A DNA stretch of 51,181 nucleotides from a virus (Duplodnaviria > Caudoviricetes), in IMG/VR virus record IMGVR_UViG_3300035676_000010, positions 1 through 51,181 of that record, one strand, 5' to 3'. The position numbers and the translations under genes are program-made. Shown here in pieces: positions 45,645 through 51,181 of the stretch. The notes beneath the pieces are model-generated. The model saw nothing but the letters and a program-made list of their open reading frames with translations. It searched no databases and was not told the DNA's origin. Position 1 is the stretch's first letter. Every line of letters begins with the position of its first letter.

Positions 45645-48514
45645 TGAGAGAAGCATTGAGAACAGCCTTAGATTTCATTGGGATAACAGCATTGGTCTGC
45701 TTGATGCTAGCTGCTATCTTGATGATCGCAGCTTGTCTTGTGGATTACGCCTACGCTGACGGCACGACGATCAACGGATCGCGTACCATCCTTGGAAAAT
45801 GGGATGCGTCGGGAGCCACCCAAACGCTACCGATAAAGGTAGATACCAGTCTGCCGGAAGCATGTACGCAAGGGGAGGTGTTCTGGCTCAGCACCGAAAC
45901 GAATGGCCGGGGTATCTATCTCTGCACGGCTACGGACACGTGGACTCCGCTGGGCTGGACCGTAGGGGTGAGTCCTCCTGCAACATGCGATGCGACCATT
46001 GGCACGGTGTTCTTCGACACGGACGCGGCGGCAGGTGAGAACCTCGCAGTCTGTACCGCAACGGATACTTGGACAGTCGTAGGTGAGATCCAGACAGGAC
46101 TGCTTTCCGGGACGGGAGTAGCAGGCAACGTTGCTATATGGAGTTCCGACACGAGTCTCACCGCGGACTCTGATCTCAATTGGGATGGATTAACTCTTCT
46201 GACGGTGACGGATCTGACGGTAACGAACACGATCACCGGCTCGATCTCAGGTAACGCAGCAACCGCGACGACCGCGACGACGGCAACAACGGCCGGTGCT
46301 CTCTCGGCCTCCTTCGCGTTGTTCGGATTCAAGCTCTGCGGCCTGACCTACGAGATGTGGTACGACGAAGATGGCGACGGCTCGGTCGATGCGCCGGACT
46401 ACGGGATATTGAATGGCGGCCTCGACCTCGACGTGGATTGCACCGCGGACTCGTCGGTTGCTTCGGAGTGGGCAGACGGAATCGACGTGGATGGGGACGG
46501 GACGAACCCTGAGTTGTCGTTCAGTCGGACGCTCGACGAGTTCTACCTCGACTACTTTGAGGCGGGAGCGCCGGATCTGAAGCTGGGTTCGGCGACCGTA
46601 GATTCCAACGGGGACGGGACGGCTGAGCTTCCGCTGGAGAACTACGTTGGCGGGATGAGTGGGAACGGGACGGACACCCAGCACTACGCGATCTTCCCGG
46701 GCGGGTACTCCTCCGATCCGTTCGACTACACGCAGGGGTATGTGTTCGAGACGAACGCAACCGGCGATGGGGCGTTCTATCCGATCACCAGCGATCCGAA
46801 CTACGCGACCCTGACGAACGGCCCCTATGCGGATCTCGGAAAGTCTACGGCGAAGTGGCGGTCGGGGTACTTCGCTTCGATGCTCTACGTTTCGACCGCG
46901 ACCTTCAACAACATCGGGTATACCAACACGACCGAGGGGAACTACTGGTCGGGGGCGGGGTACCAATACTGGCTCGTGGATAATGACTACGACGGCTCGG
47001 CGGGTCGGTACTACGAGTGGCGTACCCGAACCGATGATAACTCCGACGGGACTTCGGAAGAACGTGTCCTGATGCGCCTCGACCGGGACGCCACACCTGA
47101 GCATTGGCTCGATCTCGATGGTGACGGGACGATTGAATACAAGTTCGACCACACGAACGCGCAGTTCTGCTTCGACCCGGACGACAATGAAAACTGCGAC
47201 ATCATCCTCAAGGACTACGGGGTTCATCCGGTGGCGAGAGTCGGCATCGCGTTTCATGGGGCGGTTCTGCCGACGATCATGCACGACGACACGGCGAAGA
47301 CGCTGAACAATGATCTCGACGAAGACGGAACCTACGAGATGACCATCGACGGATCGGCGCAGCAGGTCACGCTGGACCCCGACTCCGATGGCGTCAACGA
47401 CATGCTGCTCAACAAGACGTTCCTCCAGACGGATCAAATCCGCTACTCGTCTACCAGCGCCGCCCGGATGACGGCGACGAACGGTCGGATGCACCTGTGC
47501 GGAGGGAACCAGTTCGCGCCCAACGCGGCGGCCGGAGCCTGCATGTACCTCGGAGGCTCAACTGGAACCTACGCCAATACGCAGGGATTCGACCCCGATG
47601 GCGATGGAACCGACGAGGCGACGATCAACAATCTCGGAGTCTACTCCGGGCAGGCCACGACAGCCGGGGCGCTCGCTACCGATCCGGTTGGGTGTACGAA
47701 TCAGTTCGTGACGGATATGGCCGCGGCAGGAGCGCTAACCTGCAACTCGGTCACGGGTTCGTACATTACGGATGGAACGATTCTCGAAGCTGACCTGACT
47801 TGGAACTCTACGGCTGCGAGGAGTGCAGGACAAGCCATCGTTGTTGCCAGCGATACGACGAAGTTCGATGTGGTAGCGTTCCCAACGGATACAGGTGATG
47901 AACTGACGGTTGATGGAACTGCAACAACGACCCCAAACCTCGATGATGGTGGAGATGTAGACTTCTCATATAACGGTACATCTAAGGCAATTACTGGAGT
48001 TGTCAAGGCGAACAGCGTCGCCCTTGGGACGGATACGACAGGGAACTATGCGGGGTCCAGTAGCGAGGGCGGTGCAGCAACGACAGCAACGGCACTTGCT
48101 GCCGATCCTTCCGATTGTGCGAGTGGCGCCTATGCTACGGCAATTGATGCGTCCGGGACCCTGACTTGTACGAAGCCGACGCAGACTCTTGAATGGGCGA
48201 GCGGAGCAGCGCTCTATACGGTTGATCCGCATATCTTCAAGGCCCCGGCAGCCCTGACCATCGTTGGGATCGACTGCATTGTGTTCGCCGCCACGTCCGT
48301 CGTCCTCTCGGTCGAAGAGTGCAACTCGTCTGGCGCGTCGTGCGCGGGTGTGGACGGCTCGACGACAATCACCTGCGACACCGACGGCGCCGCGGACGAT
48401 GGTGCGCTATCGAACCCCAGCATTGACTCCGGTGACTGGATCAAGTTCAACTTCGGTACCCACACCGGATCGACCGGAGGAGCGGCAGTCACGATCAGAT
48501 ACACGATTCCGTGA
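45644..48514 (+). CDS. Tail-fibre/adhesin-like protein with N-terminal signal/TM segment and many DxDxDG loops
   Basis: FIGITALVCLMLAAILMIAACLVDYAYA|D; CTATDTWT repeats; GNAATAT..A and ATTA.ALA.DP..C repeats; about 11 DxDxDG-type loops. Confidence 0.7.
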   Translation: MREALRTALDFIGITALVCLMLAAILMIAACLVDYAYADGTTINGSRTILGKWDASGATQTLPIKVDTSLPEACTQGEVFWLSTETNGRGIYLCTATDTWTPLGWTVGVSPPATCDATIGTVFFDTDAAAGENLAVCTATDTWTVVGEIQTGLLSGTGVAGNVAIWSSDTSLTADSDLNWDGLTLLTVTDLTVTNTITGSISGNAATATTATTATTAGALSASFALFGFKLCGLTYEMWYDEDGDGSVDAPDYGILNGGLDLDVDCTADSSVASEWADGIDVDGDGTNPELSFSRTLDEFYLDYFEAGAPDLKLGSATVDSNGDGTAELPLENYVGGMSGNGTDTQHYAIFPGGYSSDPFDYTQGYVFETNATGDGAFYPITSDPNYATLTNGPYADLGKSTAKWRSGYFASMLYVSTATFNNIGYTNTTEGNYWSGAGYQYWLVDNDYDGSAGRYYEWRTRTDDNSDGTSEERVLMRLDRDATPEHWLDLDGDGTIEYKFDHTNAQFCFDPDDNENCDIILKDYGVHPVARVGIAFHGAVLPTIMHDDTAKTLNNDLDEDGTYEMTIDGSAQQVTLDPDSDGVNDMLLNKTFLQTDQIRYSSTSAARMTATNGRMHLCGGNQFAPNAAAGACMYLGGSTGTYANTQGFDPDGDGTDEATINNLGVYSGQATTAGALATDPVGCTNQFVTDMAAAGALTCNSVTGSYITDGTILEADLTWNSTAARSAGQAIVVASDTTKFDVVAFPTDTGDELTVDGTATTTPNLDDGGDVDFSYNGTSKAITGVVKANSVALGTDTTGNYAGSSSEGGAATTATALAADPSDCASGAYATAIDASGTLTCTKPTQTLEWASGAALYTVDPHIFKAPAALTIVGIDCIVFAATSVVLSVEECNSSGASCAGVDGSTTITCDTDGAADDGALSNPSIDSGDWIKFNFGTHTGSTGGAAVTIRYTIP

Positions 48515-48523
48515 GGGGTCCCC

Positions 48524-48919
48524 ATGAATCTTCTACTACTGTGCATTCTCACCCTTTGTTCCAACGATATGCTGGGAGTCCTCAATGACGAAACGATCCA
48601 GTTCGACGCGTCCGAAGGCGCAACCACCTATGATGTCTACGCCGACGGCGTACTCTGTTTGTCAATCATCGCCCCCAACACGTCGATCTTACTTCCCCCT
48701 TCCTGTCGAGGAGACGCCGTTACCGTCCGTGCCTGTAACGAGTTCGGCTGCTCCTCCGACTCCGACCCCATTGAAGTCCTCCCCTTCGCCTGTCTCCGCA
48801 CCACCAGTTGTACACAGGGAACTCCAGGGGACGCGCGAACGGCGTTCTGTGAATCCTGCGAGTACCCCTGCTTTGACGGAGCGCCAAAACGACTGAGCAA
48901 CGTTCCGTTATGCTACTAG
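48524..48919 (+). CDS. Exported fibronectin type III-like protein with Cys-rich tail
   Basis: Hydrophobic N-terminus MNLLLLCILTLC; IQFDASEGATTYDVY...VTVRACNEFGCSSDS matches the FN3 pattern. Confidence 0.65.
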   Translation: MNLLLLCILTLCSNDMLGVLNDETIQFDASEGATTYDVYADGVLCLSIIAPNTSILLPPSCRGDAVTVRACNEFGCSSDSDPIEVLPFACLRTTSCTQGTPGDARTAFCESCEYPCFDGAPKRLSNVPLCY

Positions 48920-48946
48920 TTGCGGTATTATATGATAGGAGGGCAA

Positions 48947-49771
48947 ATGAAGCGGACGCTTGTGCTGGTATTATCACGTAACGGATTCATTCACGCTTCT
49001 ATCGCAGGGTTCTTTGCGGAGGCGTGTGACCCCGATACGACACCAATGCCAATGCACAGATTCTACTACTATCCTGTACTTGGAGTCGTTGATAGTTATG
49101 AATTCGCGCGCAACATAGGTCTTGCTGAGTTCTATGACAAGCCTGACTTTTATGACTACGTGCTGTTCATAGACGACGATCAGATCGTGAACAAATCAGT
49201 TTTTGAATTGTATAAGCATGAATATCCTATCGTGTGTGGCAGATATCTCAACCCGCGTTACGACGAGCGCGGACTTGGACTGTTCGTGACAACGTTCGAT
49301 TCCTTGGACAAGGAGACGGGAGCTTTCGTCACCATGAGTGCGGGACAGAGCGAGCCCAAGGTCGTTCATGCTGGTCCCGGCGGGTGCATGCTGATCGACG
49401 CCAAGGTTCTCCGCGATGAGCGGATTCGTTGTGGCGAGCCTAATCCCAATACCCCGAACATCATTCCTGTATTCCGCAGGGAAATACGTAGCGATGGCAG
49501 CGTGGCTATGGGGGAAGACATTAATTTTTGTGTCCGCGCAGCGGAACTTGGTTACGAAACTTATTACGTTCCGCAGTGCAGTGTTGGGCATTGGAAGCTC
49601 ATGGACATGATGGCGGTTGAGGTATATGGCCGTAGGATTGCTAAAGAATCCATGTGCAGGGTCATCAGAAACCCGGAGGTAAGAGATGAGATTCAGCGGC
49701 TATGCGACAAAGAGGACGAAGTGGCACGACTTGGTGAGCAGGGAGATGACGCACAAGCTGGGAACACATGA
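48947..49771 (+). CDS. Glycosyltransferase family 2 (GT-A fold)
   Basis: ARN, LFIDDDQ (DxD), GPGGCMLIDAKVL, GEDINFC.RA.ELGY, VGH; start ATG 48947 with AGGAGG RBS. Confidence 0.85.
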   Translation: MKRTLVLVLSRNGFIHASIAGFFAEACDPDTTPMPMHRFYYYPVLGVVDSYEFARNIGLAEFYDKPDFYDYVLFIDDDQIVNKSVFELYKHEYPIVCGRYLNPRYDERGLGLFVTTFDSLDKETGAFVTMSAGQSEPKVVHAGPGGCMLIDAKVLRDERIRCGEPNPNTPNIIPVFRREIRSDGSVAMGEDINFCVRAAELGYETYYVPQCSVGHWKLMDMMAVEVYGRRIAKESMCRVIRNPEVRDEIQRLCDKEDEVARLGEQGDDAQAGNT

Positions 49772-50018
49772 CCTCTGTGCGCTACGCAACTTGGCCCACT
49801 TCGTTCTCGATCCGCTGCGTTACGCGTTCGATGATGATGTCAAGGTGATCGAGGGCTGGTCGCCTGAGAACCGCGGCGAGCGTTGTGTCGTGCGGTATGA
49901 CGGCAGCGATATGTCTGAGTTCCTCAAAGTCCTTGAGTCCACCCGCGCGATTGTGTATTCCGTGGAAGACCGCGCCTTCACGATTGGAATCAAGTCCCAC
50001 AACGTTCTTGAGCCCTGA
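49746..50018 (+). CDS. Hypothetical protein resembling a degenerate peptidase M15A fold
   Basis: LRNLAHFVLDPLRYAF...VKVIEGW echoes M15A N-terminal motifs, but no H/D/H Zn ligands are visible. Confidence 0.4.
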   Translation: MTHKLGTHDLCALRNLAHFVLDPLRYAFDDDVKVIEGWSPENRGERCVVRYDGSDMSEFLKVLESTRAIVYSVEDRAFTIGIKSHNVLEP

Positions 50019-50020
50019 CG

Positions 50021-50416
50021 ATGGAACCCACCACGAATGAGCATTTGCATATTGTCGCGGGACTACTTGTCGCCGCGCTATTTGCGTTGCTGGTCATCGC
50101 TAAGGTGGGGGGTAAGTTCCTAGACGACTGGTGGGACAAGGGCAAACCTAAGAATGGAAATGGAAGTGTAGCTAAAAATAACTTCAATGCCGAAGACGCA
50201 ACTGAAAGGATCATCGAGTTGTTCGGAGAGCGCCACGATCGGTTGCGGGAGATGATCCACCAAAACCACGCGGCAACGCTGGCTGTGTTGACTGAACTAT
50301 CTCGTATTCTGAGTAGCCGAACTCAGACCGAGAGCGATATTGCGATCACGCTCAAACTGATCGAGCGTCATATGGCGAAGACTGAGGAGCGCCTTGATGG
50401 CAGACCCCCGCGATAA
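50021..50416 (+). CDS. Lysis-module membrane protein (N-terminal TM plus coiled coil)
   Basis: IVAGLLVAALFALLVIAKV TM followed by helices; directly upstream of the endolysin. Confidence 0.55.
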   Translation: MEPTTNEHLHIVAGLLVAALFALLVIAKVGGKFLDDWWDKGKPKNGNGSVAKNNFNAEDATERIIELFGERHDRLREMIHQNHAATLAVLTELSRILSSRTQTESDIAITLKLIERHMAKTEERLDGRPPR

Positions 50417-50828
50417 TCTACGCGATATGAGCGAGCGCGTCCTGCTCGGATTGGTAGTCTGGCGCGAAGCGCGGGGCGAGAGTGACGAGTGCCGCACGGC
50501 GGTGGCATACTCGATTCTCAACCGCGTGAGGCATCCCGGTTGGTGGGGCAAGACCATCCTCGCCGTTATCGCGAAGAAGTGGCAGTACTCTTCGATGACC
50601 GATCCGAACGATCCTCAGCTTACGACGTGGCCGCAGTACAGCGATGACTGGTTTGAGTGCTTAGAGATCGCGAACGATGTGATCGACGGCATGCTGCCTG
50701 ATCCCGCTCCCGGTGCAGACTCCTATTACGACTGCTCGATCAAGCCGCCGAAGTGGGCCACACCCAACAAGCTCGTCCGCGTGATCGGGCGGATATCGTT
50801 CTATAACCTTGATGGAGATCCCGCATGA
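50397..50828 (+). CDS. Endolysin, SleB/Hydrolase_2 cell-wall hydrolase
   Basis: VWREARGES (catalytic Glu), AVAYSILNR, WWG.TI..VI....QYS, GADSYY, PKWA, IGRISFY. Confidence 0.92.
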   Translation: MADPRDNLRDMSERVLLGLVVWREARGESDECRTAVAYSILNRVRHPGWWGKTILAVIAKKWQYSSMTDPNDPQLTTWPQYSDDWFECLEIANDVIDGMLPDPAPGADSYYDCSIKPPKWATPNKLVRVIGRISFYNLDGDPA

Positions 50829-51181
50829 ACAGCGTACTGACCAGCATCTTCGCGGGTGGAATCGACAAGATCATCGCCGCTGTGGGGACCGTGTTTGACA
50901 ACCTCTTCACGTCCAAGGAAGAGAAAGCACAGGCTGATCTCGCGAAACTTACGATCCTATTGCAAGCCGAACAACTCAAGAACCAGATGCTCGTAGACAT
51001 CGAGAAAGCGTATATCGAGGACCAGAAGTCGCTCCGCGAGCAGATTATCGTGGAGATCCAGTCGCAGGACTGGTTCGTACGGCGAGCGCGTCCGGCGGTG
51101 ATGTGGGTCGGTACGCTCATGGTCGTGTGGGACTACATGCTCAACCCAATGATCCAGACAGTCTGGCATCTGGCTCGTCGC
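50825..51181 (+). CDS. Holin (3TM, GTA-holin-like), 5' part; completed by 146-283
   Basis: ATGA overlap with the endolysin; MNSVLTSIFAGGIDKIIAAVGTVFDNLFTSKEEKAQA...SQDWFVRRARP. Confidence 0.8.
   Translation, partial: MNSVLTSIFAGGIDKIIAAVGTVFDNLFTSKEEKAQADLAKLTILLQAEQLKNQMLVDIEKAYIEDQKSLREQIIVEIQSQDWFVRRARPAVMWVGTLMVVWDYMLNPMIQTVWHLARR
51056..51181 (+). repeat. Terminal direct repeat, right copy
   Basis: Identical to 20-145. Confidence 0.97.

Noticed and set aside
45644-48514. Diversity-generating retroelement acting on the fibre genes
   Set aside because: No reverse transcriptase, and no TR/VR nucleotide pair differing at adenines was seen; the repeats are protein-level only.
293-50828. 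Alternative genetic code or tRNA genes
   Set aside because: Genes tile densely under the standard code with all three stop codons used; no tRNA cloverleaf was noticed by eye (tRNAscan-SE would settle this).
51056-51181. 126-nt repeat as a biological direct terminal repeat
   Set aside because: It falls mid-holin and its length fits an assembler k-mer overlap. It shows circularity, not physical ends.

Overview
The window is a complete, circularly permuted tailed-phage genome of about 51,036 bp. Bases 20-145 are repeated exactly at 51056-51181 (126-nt assembly overlap), and bases 1-19 are Illumina P5 adapter. The gene set suggests a podovirus: P22/T7-like adaptor and gp10-like tail protein, large internal/ejection proteins, no tape measure or sheath. 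The plus-strand late arm (32102 through the junction to 14665) carries terS, terL, portal, scaffold, decoration protein, major capsid, adaptor, tail/fibre genes, a GT2 glycosyltransferase, a SleB-type endolysin, a 3TM holin and the ejection proteins. The minus-strand early/replication arm (31763 to 14693) carries a COOH-NH2 amidoligase plus class II glutamine amidotransferase, a Sak4-like AAA_24 ATPase, a DUF669 SSB-like protein, a Cas4-like nuclease, an RHH protein, a UDG-PolA fusion, a mini-gene array, a SAM methyltransferase and a DUF3987 AAA+ helicase-like protein. No integrase, CI-like repressor, tRNA, CRISPR array or recognisable primase was seen. Most notable: (i) three consecutive fibre/Ig-like genes with apparent Sec signal peptides, Cys-rich, the two long ones with many DxDxDG Ca-binding loops; (ii) a 112-bp ungapped inverted repeat built from TGACA boxes and perfect IHF sites around an AT-rich core; (iii) an apparently primase-less replisome whose UDG-PolA has His at position 762 and a YDS motif C. 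All calls come from motif recognition by eye; no database search was run.
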